Positions 1 to 9,013 of a stretch of 64,000 bases of DNA are shown here, piece by piece. The DNA is from Muribaculaceae bacterium Isolate-036 (Harlan) (GTDB lineage: Bacteria > Bacteroidota > Bacteroidia > Bacteroidales > Muribaculaceae), in contig RIAY01000007.1 of the NCBI GenBank assembly GCA_003833075.1, forward strand, positions 1 through 64,000, read 5' to 3'. Within the stretch, counting starts at the first letter, position 1, and each line of letters opens with the position of its first letter. A program made the translations under genes and the position numbers. The notes under the pieces were generated by a model, which was not told the DNA's origin, ran no database searches, and worked only from the letters and a program-made list of their open reading frames with translations.

Positions 1-111
1 AGTTTTCATGAGAAAAAGCGTCCAAACTTTTCCTTTAAATTACTAATTTTCAGGGACTTTTGCAAATTTAATCGACTGAAAATTAAGTGTTTAACAGCAT
101 AAATTTAATTT

Positions 112-552
112 TTGTCATCTACTAAAACAAATATGAAAAAGATTAAGCTCACAGCTGAACAGCAAAAACTGTTCAATGCCAACTTCAATCGAAAGGCTTA
201 TGAAGAGGCAAAAAAGCCTATTCAGGAAGCCATCTCAGGCTCTAAATCCTTTGATGAGTTATGGAGTAAACTTCAGAACCATGAATGTGATGTGGAATAT
301 GAAGATGACTGCACTATTATATCTTGTGAGGTCGAACTTGACAGAAGTCACATGGAAACTGAAGGTGATTATGTCGGAGTTTGTTTCTATATCAAATGGT
401 ATGATGAAGCTGATTCCGGCACGATAAGCAAGGTGGAACTCTATTCTTCAGAAACATCAGGTAACTACCTCGCCGACCACCTTTGCAACATACACCCTGA
501 GACTTGTGAAATCACAGAGTGGGTTTATGATGATATTGATGACAAGCAGTGA
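112..552 (+). CDS. hypothetical acidic protein (146 aa)
   Basis: Long ORF, ATG start, rich in D/E. No motif recognised. Confidence 0.4.
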   Translation: MSSTKTNMKKIKLTAEQQKLFNANFNRKAYEEAKKPIQEAISGSKSFDELWSKLQNHECDVEYEDDCTIISCEVELDRSHMETEGDYVGVCFYIKWYDEADSGTISKVELYSSETSGNYLADHLCNIHPETCEITEWVYDDIDDKQ

Positions 553-571
553 TTATCGTCAATAACCAATA

Positions 572-961
572 ATGAAAAAGAAACAAACCCATGACTCAAC
601 CAGAGTTAAAGGCTTTTACATCAATGAACTAATAAGAGGATTTTTCGGAGATCGTTATGAAGGAAAAGAAATGCTGAAAATCATGGGGCTGCCACCAGAT
701 GCAGTGCCATTCAGTGTTGTGGTCTTTCTCCAGAATCAACGTGTCTTTTGGCAAGATAAAGACGGCAACCGCGTCACAATCTCCTTCAAACTCAAACCCA
801 ATCAACTGGAATGTTTCGGAACTTATCTTAAAAAGAGAAAATCTATAAGATTATTCCGTGAATGGGGAAATCACGAAGATCCTGAAGTAATTGCTCGTCT
901 GGAGTCCGAAGCCATTGGGGACTGTTGTATGAGATGTATCTACGAGAACTTAATAGAATAA
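572..961 (+). CDS. hypothetical protein (129 aa)
   Basis: ORF packed 20 nt after the previous stop on the same strand. Confidence 0.4.
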   Translation: MKKKQTHDSTRVKGFYINELIRGFFGDRYEGKEMLKIMGLPPDAVPFSVVVFLQNQRVFWQDKDGNRVTISFKLKPNQLECFGTYLKKRKSIRLFREWGNHEDPEVIARLESEAIGDCCMRCIYENLIE

Positions 962-962
962 T

Positions 963-1298
963 ATGGGCTGGCTAATATTTGCAGCATACCTTTTTTGTGG
1001 TATAATGTACCATCTGTTCAATCAGATAGAGCAATCGGCACCTGAAGGGAGTCTTGGAAAAAAGATTGCAAAGATAGTAATGTATTCCGTAATGGGCATT
1101 GTAGGTCTTGGAGTAGTAATTTTGGCACTATATGCTATCGGATGGATATGGTACTTTTTCTGTGGAGGATTTCTCATTTTTGAGGATCAACCGTTCTGGG
1201 ATAAGGTCGTATGCGGACTGATGTCTCTCATTTTTCTCGGATTCCTTTTTGGGTTTGTCTTGGTTTGTCTTGGTTGGGATCCGGACAATCGGCGCTAA
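963..1298 (+). CDS. small integral membrane protein (111 aa, 3 hydrophobic segments)
   Basis: Starts 2 nt after the previous stop. Strongly hydrophobic helices. Confidence 0.45.
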   Translation: MGWLIFAAYLFCGIMYHLFNQIEQSAPEGSLGKKIAKIVMYSVMGIVGLGVVILALYAIGWIWYFFCGGFLIFEDQPFWDKVVCGLMSLIFLGFLFGFVLVCLGWDPDNRR

Positions 1299-1403
1299 CT
1301 CAATCAAAATATTGGAGGGATTAACTTTTCTTTACAAATAATGAGAGGTTAATCCCTCTATTATGTTATATCTGATGAAAGCAGTTATACTAATTCATTA
1401 ACG

Positions 1404-1982
1404 ATGAATATTTCAAATGTAAAAGTTTATGACTTGGAAGAGTCAGTAATCGCTTGCCGAAATGCAATGCGACTTTCTTTGCCTGAATATAATCAAGAAG
1501 AGTTTGAAGCAAGTCTCGAAAGGGCAAAGAAGCTCTGTCAGGCGTCTAAAGGCGAGGTAAGGTGCCACGCCAACTTCCGCACTGGTATCCGTGTTAGCTT
1601 TGATATAGAATATCCGAACTACATTTCTCCGGAAATGCAGCGTTACCATTGGTTTGATATTGTGACATCATCTTCAAAGATGCACCGTATCATGCAAATG
1701 GATTTCGATAAATGTTGCAATAAATATGTGACCGAAGCCACGAAAGATCAGATGAAACAACTCGTCCAAGAGTATAACGATGATAAATCTGAGGAGAACT
1801 TTATGCGGGTTCTTTCAAATTGCCCACAAGGTGTTATGCTCTTTATGCGTATTTCCACCAATTATGAGCAGCTTCGGACAATATATCTCCAGCGGAAGAA
1901 CCATAAATTACCTGAGTGGCGGTCATTCTGCCAGTGGATAGAAAGCCTGCCCTATGCTCAAGAACTAATCGTTTGCTCGTGA
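1404..1982 (+). CDS. hypothetical protein (192 aa)
   Basis: Long ORF preceded by an inverted repeat (~1313-1361). Confidence 0.45.
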   Translation: MNISNVKVYDLEESVIACRNAMRLSLPEYNQEEFEASLERAKKLCQASKGEVRCHANFRTGIRVSFDIEYPNYISPEMQRYHWFDIVTSSSKMHRIMQMDFDKCCNKYVTEATKDQMKQLVQEYNDDKSEENFMRVLSNCPQGVMLFMRISTNYEQLRTIYLQRKNHKLPEWRSFCQWIESLPYAQELIVCS

Positions 1983-2067
1983 AATATCAACCATTTATAT
2001 AGACCATATTAAAAGACACTGTAATTTTTTGTAATTTTGCAGTGTCTTTCAGTAACTACCAACCAAT

Positions 2068-2415
2068 ATGAATAGACAAAGGAGAAGTGTTCTTCACGCC
2101 GTTCTTGACGGCTTGGCAAGATTGAGAGACCCGGTTGAAAAGGATGAGGCCCTGATGATTCTTCAGAAAGCTCAATCTGATGTTCAGAAATGTGCCGATG
2201 AAGAGGAAGAAGCTCTTGACAACCGGCCAGAATCGCTCCAGTGGTCTGCGGGCAATGATGCAATGTCAGATAACATATCTGACTTGACTGACGCAAGCGG
2301 AGAGCTGGAAGTTCTTATCGACAAATGCCAGTCGGCCGATAAGTTCTCATACAAATCGGTCAAAGGTGACGTTATTAAGATAGTGAACAAGATCAAACAG
2401 ACTATTCATAGATGA
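2068..2415 (+). CDS. hypothetical acidic protein (115 aa)
   Basis: ORF downstream of a TAnnTTTG-like motif embedded in an inverted repeat (~2010-2052). Confidence 0.4.
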   Translation: MNRQRRSVLHAVLDGLARLRDPVEKDEALMILQKAQSDVQKCADEEEEALDNRPESLQWSAGNDAMSDNISDLTDASGELEVLIDKCQSADKFSYKSVKGDVIKIVNKIKQTIHR

Positions 2416-2855
2416 ATCAGGAACAACTCGCAGATAGAATCAAAGAAGCCACTAATGGAGCTGCCTATACAGGTAGCTTAACATCTTACGCCGTACAGTC
2501 TATAGAGTTAGCAAGAAGTAACTATCCAGTCCAAAATTTAATTTCATTCTGTCAAGATATGAATTTGAAGTTTGTGATGACCGATATGGCGACGGAAGAT
2601 CGCTTCTATCCTGAGTCTGTGCTGGACGTTCACAAGGTGTTGGATTTGCTTATGAAACGATATAAAGTTGATCATAAGTTAGTCTATCGAAAGACTGGTA
2701 TTCATTATACGCCGCCCAAGTCTTTAGATCCTGAAGATATTGAACGTATGAAGGAAGAGGCCGACGGTCGTAAATATGTGATACCGCTTTCGATTAAAAC
2801 CTTATTGGCTGTCTGTGAGGTGATTTATTGCGATTTGACGTTTGACCCTAAGTGA
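2412..2855 (+). CDS. hypothetical protein (147 aa)
   Basis: ATGA overlap with the upstream gene. Confidence 0.45.
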   Translation: MNQEQLADRIKEATNGAAYTGSLTSYAVQSIELARSNYPVQNLISFCQDMNLKFVMTDMATEDRFYPESVLDVHKVLDLLMKRYKVDHKLVYRKTGIHYTPPKSLDPEDIERMKEEADGRKYVIPLSIKTLLAVCEVIYCDLTFDPK

Positions 2856-2886
2856 TGAAAGCAGTGTCATAATTTAATATACGATT

Positions 2887-3183
2887 ATGGCAACAAAAAA
2901 AGAGGTTCTTGAACAATCCCAGAAAGCTATCGCAACCTACTTTCAATTATCAAAGTATTTGTTCGGAGAGGATGCTCCCGAAGATGTGAATGAAATCCCA
3001 CCAGAAAATCCATACTATGAGAGTGCCAAGACAATCTCAGATGAGATGGGGCTGGACTGGGATAATATGTCACACGAGGACAGTATTCGCGTTATGCTCA
3101 ATATGCTTGCTGACGCTTTCTCCGCCATCGAACCGGATGAGCATTATGACGCAGTTCTGACAATTTCTTTTAAGAAGGTGTGA
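2887..3183 (+). CDS. hypothetical very acidic small protein (98 aa)
   Basis: D/E-rich. Possible DNA-mimic type (inference only). Confidence 0.4.
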   Translation: MATKKEVLEQSQKAIATYFQLSKYLFGEDAPEDVNEIPPENPYYESAKTISDEMGLDWDNMSHEDSIRVMLNMLADAFSAIEPDEHYDAVLTISFKKV

Positions 3184-3184
3184 T

Positions 3185-3586
3185 ATGGGGCTGGCCGATA
3201 CAGTTCAATTTACCCTCCGGCCAAAAGATTTGGAGAAGGCGAGTGATATGTTTGGTATAGAGATTGCCTTACTGGAACGTCTCAACGCCCAGAGGCTTCT
3301 TAATGCCACATACATTCGCAATCTCCTCATCAGAGCCGATTATGAAAGACTGACAAGCGGATTGCATTGGTTGGAACATCAGGACAAGAATTATAACTTC
3401 CCTGAAGTGCTGAGAGCGTTGTCACGAGAATACAATATCAGTCAGCAAAATCTCAAAGACATTCTTCATGGGAGGAATGAATCACTCTTGTTCTGTAACC
3501 GGTGCGGCAAACGCATTGGTAAGTCTCAGTATAACAGAACAAAAGGTTTTTGTTCCAACTGCTTTGCAGATACATTGGAACTATAA
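3185..3586 (+). CDS. hypothetical protein with C-terminal CxxC...CxxC zinc ribbon (133 aa)
   Basis: C-terminal CNRCG...CSNC motif. Starts 2 nt after the previous stop. Confidence 0.45.
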   Translation: MGLADTVQFTLRPKDLEKASDMFGIEIALLERLNAQRLLNATYIRNLLIRADYERLTSGLHWLEHQDKNYNFPEVLRALSREYNISQQNLKDILHGRNESLLFCNRCGKRIGKSQYNRTKGFCSNCFADTLEL

Positions 3587-3606
3587 TTGATTAAAAGCAG
3601 TTTGAT

Positions 3607-3882
3607 ATGAACACAACATTCAAAATCCAGCAAATATGGCAATATTTAGGGGTTCAGGATGATGAAATCCTAATCATTCGACACTATAATAAGTCCGATG
3701 ATAAAGATGAGTTCTTGATCGCTGAAGTAACCCAAGATGGTCTAAAAATCACAACGGCTCCAACTATGCCTGAACTTAGGGCCGACAGACCGTTCCAGAT
3801 AATTCAACAGCGTGATTCATCCGGGAAATTCATAATCCCATCAGTAACTCAGCTAATCAATGATAAGGTTAGCGATTATTAA
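3607..3882 (+). CDS. hypothetical protein (91 aa)
   Basis: ORF followed by a palindrome and a terminator. Confidence 0.4.
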   Translation: MNTTFKIQQIWQYLGVQDDEILIIRHYNKSDDKDEFLIAEVTQDGLKITTAPTMPELRADRPFQIIQQRDSSGKFIIPSVTQLINDKVSDY

Positions 3883-3902
3883 CCAACACCAATAGGCTTT
3901 TT

Positions 3903-3922
3903 AAGATTTGTTAACAAATCTT
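3903..3922. promoter_or_regulatory. perfect 20-bp palindrome AAGATTTGTTAACAAATCTT (candidate operator or binding site)
   Basis: Seen directly in the sequence, between two operon-like gene blocks. Confidence 0.35.
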
Positions 3923-3928
3923 TCTGAA

Positions 3929-3966
3929 GGCTCTGCACTATTACTCGGTGCAGGGCCTTTTTGTAT
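3929..3966 (+). terminator. rho-independent terminator-like hairpin (GGCTCTGCAC...GTGCAGGGCC followed by TTTTT)
   Basis: GC stem plus a T-run after gene 3607..3882. Confidence 0.45.
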
Positions 3967-3992
3967 GCCCTAATTGATAAAAGCAATATAAC

Positions 3993-4487
3993 ATGGCACA
4001 GAGAATTAAAACCAATATCAAGTTCTACAAAGGGCTTGACAACGTTGCAGATAAGCTCTACGGTTTTGTCGCCAAGTCCAATGGAAGTTGGAGGGGGTGC
4101 CGCGAAACTGAGAGTAAGAAAAAAATCGTGTTTGTAGATACGGCTATTGCTAAAGACATCATCCCCAATACGCTTTACAGTTGCTCACTGGTTCCTATGC
4201 GTAATGAAGGAGGCTTCATAGCCAAGTCTGCAACCATAATCAAATTCCCCGGCACGGTAGCTACAGTATGCCGTAAAAATGTCTTTCTGGTGCGAATAAC
4301 ATTCGGCAACAAGGAATACATCTACGATCCTTCCAGTAAGGAAAAGCGCAAAAACGACATCAAATCTATCGCAGACATTCTTCGGAGCCGGCACGACCTC
4401 GAAAATGCGATAAGTGTGGCTGAAGATTTTATTGATAACGCCTGTATAGTCAAAAGACTCTACGAACAATCTCAATCCAATGTTTGA
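3993..4487 (+). CDS. hypothetical protein (164 aa)
   Basis: ORF that starts a new gene block after the terminator. Confidence 0.45.
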   Translation: MAQRIKTNIKFYKGLDNVADKLYGFVAKSNGSWRGCRETESKKKIVFVDTAIAKDIIPNTLYSCSLVPMRNEGGFIAKSATIIKFPGTVATVCRKNVFLVRITFGNKEYIYDPSSKEKRKNDIKSIADILRSRHDLENAISVAEDFIDNACIVKRLYEQSQSNV

Positions 4488-5184
4488 AGAAACCATGTCA
4501 GGTGACGAGCTGCTGAATGAGTATCGCTTAGACCTTCCTGAAATTCAGGCCAAAACTCTGCGCTATGATAAGTCAGATTATGTGACCCGATATTTATGGA
4601 AACATCACAAGCAGCCCACTGTCATAATGACCAAGATATTTGACTCATCTCGTGGCAATGCCTATTTGGGAATATTGGTCTATTTTCAAACTGGTATCGG
4701 AAAGACTAAAAAATGGGATTGGTCATCTTTCCATATCGGACTGATGAATATCAACAAGGGTGTATCAGCTATTGCTTTTTATGCAGAGAGCAAGCAGGCT
4801 ATTAAGTTCAATCCTCATTTCTTTCAACGTTACAAGGAACGCTTTATCGAAGTATGTGACTGGCAGACCAGGAGCCAACTTGCCACAGCCAAAGACATCA
4901 TTGATGTTATCGGCATATATATGAAACGCAACCTGACTATGACTTGGATTGAGACCAAATCAGTTTTTCGTGATAAAGTTCATATTTTTGGCCCGGTCAA
5001 TGATGGAGTTGCACTACTCCAGTGGAGCAAACATCATAGACTCCTTCAAGCAAACACATTTGTCACAATGGATATGCTTGATGCGAAACAGACTCAAATG
5101 GTAGAGTATGCCAAAATATATTTCTCCCTCTCCAAAGCACAAAGAAAGAAATTCCGTTTCCCGGATTTCATCTTAAATGATTAA
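4480..5184 (+). CDS. hypothetical protein (234 aa)
   Basis: 8-nt overlap with the upstream ORF. Confidence 0.45.
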   Translation: MFEETMSGDELLNEYRLDLPEIQAKTLRYDKSDYVTRYLWKHHKQPTVIMTKIFDSSRGNAYLGILVYFQTGIGKTKKWDWSSFHIGLMNINKGVSAIAFYAESKQAIKFNPHFFQRYKERFIEVCDWQTRSQLATAKDIIDVIGIYMKRNLTMTWIETKSVFRDKVHIFGPVNDGVALLQWSKHHRLLQANTFVTMDMLDAKQTQMVEYAKIYFSLSKAQRKKFRFPDFILND

Positions 5185-5209
5185 CGCAGTGTAAAATAAC
5201 TATCTTGAT

Positions 5210-5605
5210 ATGATAAGTCTCAACGAGGGCATAGCGGTCGATGCAGCCCATTCAATGAAGAATCGCAAGACAGAATTTCAGGGTGTTGACCTAAAAACTG
5301 GTAAAACACTCTTCTATACCGATCTTGGTAATCAGACCATAAATATCGGTGAGTTCCTTGCAATAGTTGAGGCTGTCAAATACATCATCGACCATGACTT
5401 TCAACCTAAAGTCATCTTCTCAGACAGTACGACTGCTATAAGCTGGTTCAAGAATAAACGTACTGCATCCGGCAAGCGAAACGCCAAGTTAATGAAAGCT
5501 GAGATATATCTGAGAGCTATGGCTTATTGGGTAGATGAGATTGAGATAGTAAAATGGGATAATCGTCAATGGGGCGAGATTCCTGCTGACTTTGGTAATA
5601 AATAA
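5210..5605 (+). CDS. RNase H-like (type 1, DEDD) domain protein (131 aa)
   Basis: Motifs VDAA...TNxxGEFLAIVEA...IFSDS...W..N..W..IPAD in RNase HI order. Confidence 0.5.
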   Translation: MISLNEGIAVDAAHSMKNRKTEFQGVDLKTGKTLFYTDLGNQTINIGEFLAIVEAVKYIIDHDFQPKVIFSDSTTAISWFKNKRTASGKRNAKLMKAEIYLRAMAYWVDEIEIVKWDNRQWGEIPADFGNK

Positions 5606-5822
5606 TATGCTCAGAACAATAATTGACTTATACGGTTTAGGAGCCTTGTCAACTCAACAATTATTTGGTTTTCCAAGACAGCCTGAACGAGAAATAATTG
5701 ATGTGGAGTATGAAGATCTTTCAGATCAAGTTGAAAATAATCATCAACTCACAGATAAATCAATCTCTGAAGTTCAACCAGTTTTAATAGCAACGGACTA
5801 TGCTGATACAGATAACAAATAA
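5592..5822 (+). CDS. hypothetical small protein (76 aa)
   Basis: Overlapping ORF in an operon-like arrangement. Weak call. Confidence 0.3.
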   Translation: MVINNMLRTIIDLYGLGALSTQQLFGFPRQPEREIIDVEYEDLSDQVENNHQLTDKSISEVQPVLIATDYADTDNK

Positions 5823-6615
5823 ATGTCACGAGGGCTGCGCCCACTGTATGCAATGCTCTCATCCTCAGGGTAAACACATGGATATGGCCACTTTCAAAAA
5901 CGCCCTGAAATTTGCTCGATTTTTAGGCGTAAGCTCCTACATTATAACCGGAGGAGAGCCAACTGAACATCCTCAGTTCTATGAGTTTTGTGAGACTCTT
6001 AATCGCTTCATCAAAGGTGGTAAAACGGTAGGTGGTTTTACCATAACATCAAACGGCACATGGTTCCCGGAACGTAAAGCCGAAATGGAAAAGCTGGCAA
6101 AACTCGATCACTATGTAGCTATGCAAGTCTATACCAATCCCAAATGGTATAAGGACGCCCCTTTCATAATTGAGCATAAGGATGAGATCGGCGCCATTCC
6201 TAAAGTGATGGTTGACACACACGATATTCAGAGTATGCAGGACTTGGGCCGAGCCAAAACCAATGAGCAAGCTCAAACTGAAATAGCCAATAGCCGTTAT
6301 CACATGTCTTGCTTGAATGGTCATCTGCTATTTAAGCAAACCAGCCCTACCAGAAAGCTCACTGGTCTCGATCTCCAGCCTGGAGTGATGTGTAAGCCTT
6401 GTGTGGATTATAAGGGTGACGTGCATCTTTCAGAATCTAATCTTTGCCCTTCATTCGGCAATGTTAATGATGACTATATGCTTGAAATCTTCAACAATCT
6501 CAGAAATGCCAAACCCTGCTGTCAGTGCGCTCTGGGAAAGAAATTCCTGACTTCCGAGAACATTAAAATACAAGTTGCACGTCACTTATTAGGATTTGAG
6601 GAGCCATCAAAATGA
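5800..6615 (+). CDS. radical SAM protein with a C-terminal Cys cluster (SPASM/twitch-like), 271 aa
   Basis: N-terminal CHEGCAHC (Cx3Cx2C), glycine-rich ITGGEPT, C-terminal CKPC...C...CCQC. Confidence 0.6.
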   Translation: MLIQITNKCHEGCAHCMQCSHPQGKHMDMATFKNALKFARFLGVSSYIITGGEPTEHPQFYEFCETLNRFIKGGKTVGGFTITSNGTWFPERKAEMEKLAKLDHYVAMQVYTNPKWYKDAPFIIEHKDEIGAIPKVMVDTHDIQSMQDLGRAKTNEQAQTEIANSRYHMSCLNGHLLFKQTSPTRKLTGLDLQPGVMCKPCVDYKGDVHLSESNLCPSFGNVNDDYMLEIFNNLRNAKPCCQCALGKKFLTSENIKIQVARHLLGFEEPSK

Positions 6616-6926
6616 AAGTGAAATATTATGACATCTTTGGACTGAGAGGCAAAATTAAGATGTCAGTAAACCCGCCTCAATGTATTGTCGATGCAGACTA
6701 CTGTATCGTTATGGGTGGTAAAGTTTTTCAATGGGTTGGCATTGGCTGGACTGAAATTCGAGATGCTACTCCAAAAGACGATGAAACCCTCCCTCTTGTA
6801 CTCACACCACATTGCTCTCATTGTAAGTATTATGATGTGGTGAAGGATAAGACAATGTACTGTCACAAACTAAACAAACGTATAACGGCTCGTAAGAAGC
6901 CATGTAAAGATTACTCTGAACAATGA
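6612..6926 (+). CDS. Cys/His-rich small protein (104 aa), ATGA-coupled to the radical SAM gene
   Basis: 8 Cys including CxxxxxxC, HCSHC and PCKDY. 4-nt overlap with 5800..6615. Confidence 0.4.
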   Translation: MKVKYYDIFGLRGKIKMSVNPPQCIVDADYCIVMGGKVFQWVGIGWTEIRDATPKDDETLPLVLTPHCSHCKYYDVVKDKTMYCHKLNKRITARKKPCKDYSEQ

Positions 6927-7171
6927 AGAAACAACTCGTAACCTCCGTAGATATAACCCATGTTTGTCATAACACAGGTGACTATATGGAACTCGTCGCG
7001 CTGGGCGAAGTATTTTATATGCGTAGAACGCGCTTTATGAAGCGCCTTGTGCGTAAAGTCATCCATAAGGTTGAAGTGCCGGTAGACTATTTTACTTCTG
7101 CTGAAGAAGCTAAAGCAGAGGCTCGCCGGCAGATGGATGAGTTTGTGAAAAAGTATTATGCCACTGTTTAA
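6923..7171 (+). CDS. hypothetical small basic protein (82 aa)
   Basis: ATGA overlap with the upstream gene. Confidence 0.35.
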   Translation: MKKQLVTSVDITHVCHNTGDYMELVALGEVFYMRRTRFMKRLVRKVIHKVEVPVDYFTSAEEAKAEARRQMDEFVKKYYATV

Positions 7172-7181
7172 GTAAATTTCA

Positions 7182-7583
7182 ATGAAAGATCATTATGTAT
7201 CGTATCAGCAAGCCATTAAACTTAAAGAATTGGAGCTTAGTGGTGAAGTGACGGGCAAATATGTTGATTGCCCTAATGACCCCACTTTATTTAACGGTAT
7301 GCTATATCAGTCATGGAACTTAGAAAATGATGAAGTTCTGGCACCTCGTCTTGACCAGGCTCAGACATGGCTCCGCGAAGAAAAAGAAATAGATGTACTT
7401 GTATTTAACTGTGCATGTGGCTATGGCTGGGAAATATCCAAAGCAGGTAACAACTTGACGCGCGGTACTACAATTATGCTCTTTGATGAGATGGGCGAGG
7501 ATGAAAATAGCGGAATGTGGTTATCCTATGAGAAAGCCTTATCCGCCGGCATTGATGCAGCTCTTAAAATATTGGAGGATTAA
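7182..7583 (+). CDS. hypothetical protein (133 aa)
   Basis: ORF. Confidence 0.4.
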   Translation: MKDHYVSYQQAIKLKELELSGEVTGKYVDCPNDPTLFNGMLYQSWNLENDEVLAPRLDQAQTWLREEKEIDVLVFNCACGYGWEISKAGNNLTRGTTIMLFDEMGEDENSGMWLSYEKALSAGIDAALKILED

Positions 7584-7585
7584 AG

Positions 7586-7834
7586 ATGAGTAGGAAGAAT
7601 CTTATACTTGCAATGGCAACAATGATGGCTATGGCAGCTGAGTCTCATAATAGGGGTTTATATGAACCTCAAATACCAAGAGTGAGAGATACCCGCAGGA
7701 ATTGTCTTGACACAACCAACATAAAGGTAGTTGATAGTCGTCAGTTGCGCGAATTTTCAATCAAAGGTCATAAGGTAATGGCATTTTCAAAAAAGGATGC
7801 TATTACCCGTCTAAAACATCTGAAAAAGATATGA
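7586..7834 (+). CDS. hypothetical small protein (82 aa)
   Basis: ORF 2 nt after the previous stop. Confidence 0.35.
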   Translation: MSRKNLILAMATMMAMAAESHNRGLYEPQIPRVRDTRRNCLDTTNIKVVDSRQLREFSIKGHKVMAFSKKDAITRLKHLKKI

Positions 7835-8316
7835 GTGTAACGATACAAGGTCGATACGGACAAACAACCATTGTGCATGATCTCTCAGTTCTCGACGATA
7901 TCATAAGAGCTGACAAAAAATTTTATGCTGAATGTGATGCGTTCCATGCAAAAATGATGGAATTGGGCGTAAAGGCATATCGGTGTAATGACGGCTGGAT
8001 AAATAGAGAACATAATATTGTTACTTTTCATCCAGATGATAGAGTTCATGGCTATTATTGGGGGAATCGAGATCTTAAAAGTGGTGATAAGATTTTCATC
8101 GGAAATGCAGGTGATGGAGGCAAATTCGCCTATATAGATTATATGGTGGAAATTACCCCGTATTGTGTTAGATACCACTATATTTTATCTGATGAGATAT
8201 TGGATGCGCAAGGGAATGTTTCAAATCCGAAACTCCAAGCATCTGAAAAACGTCTAAAGAAATTCAAGTTCTTTAGAAATATCGTGAAAAGAATATTCAA
8301 ACGGACAAAAAACTAA
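7831..8316 (+). CDS. hypothetical protein (161 aa)
   Basis: ATGA overlap with the upstream gene. Confidence 0.4.
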   Translation: MSVTIQGRYGQTTIVHDLSVLDDIIRADKKFYAECDAFHAKMMELGVKAYRCNDGWINREHNIVTFHPDDRVHGYYWGNRDLKSGDKIFIGNAGDGGKFAYIDYMVEITPYCVRYHYILSDEILDAQGNVSNPKLQASEKRLKKFKFFRNIVKRIFKRTKN

Positions 8317-8328
8317 AGAGATCCAATT

Positions 8329-8793
8329 ATGGCTAAAGATACTCAACCCAAGCCCTATGATGGAATGCTTCTTTTCAGACAAAATCATCCATATACAAAA
8401 GAAGAGTTTGAGGCTATGAAACAGAATTTCTATAAATACTGTGGTCCACTTTTCCCAGCCAAAAATGAACCTACATCTTTTGTTATGCTTGGATATGTAT
8501 CACGGGGTTTATCAGGAGAACTAAAGCTGACCCATAGCCATCCCAGTATGTCTGATAATTTCAACTTATTGCCTCCAGACTTATTCCCGGAGGTTCAATA
8601 TGGTTCCGAGCCACTTTGCGTTGAAATCAAACTCACGCCAGTACCAAATATCAAAGCCTCCGAAGTCCCCAAAGAACAGACAGAGTTTCAGGAAAGGATT
8701 TTGTGCAATCCTGACCGGCCAACCGATGAGGAAATCTGGAGAGATACAACTGATGAAGTGCCATTAAACGATAGTGAAGAAAATGAAGCGTGA
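8329..8793 (+). CDS. hypothetical protein (154 aa)
   Basis: ORF. Confidence 0.4.
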   Translation: MAKDTQPKPYDGMLLFRQNHPYTKEEFEAMKQNFYKYCGPLFPAKNEPTSFVMLGYVSRGLSGELKLTHSHPSMSDNFNLLPPDLFPEVQYGSEPLCVEIKLTPVPNIKASEVPKEQTEFQERILCNPDRPTDEEIWRDTTDEVPLNDSEENEA

Positions 8794-9013
8794 CAATAAC
8801 AGAATATCCTTAACTCTTAAAGAAGCTGATGAGGTAAGAGAACATCTTGAAACTCTTTATGCAATGGAAGGGACACTTGATGAAGATTTCAATCGTGAGT
8901 GTCATCGAGCAGGATTCTTTGCGCGAAAAATATGTGAACTGATACATGGGCATCGACATCCCCAGTGGGAAACTCCAGAGCCTCCAGAACCAAAATATAC
9001 TCCAACAATATAA
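8774..9013 (+). CDS. hypothetical small protein (79 aa)
   Basis: Overlapping ORF. Weak call. Confidence 0.3.
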   Translation: MKKMKRDNNRISLTLKEADEVREHLETLYAMEGTLDEDFNRECHRAGFFARKICELIHGHRHPQWETPEPPEPKYTPTI

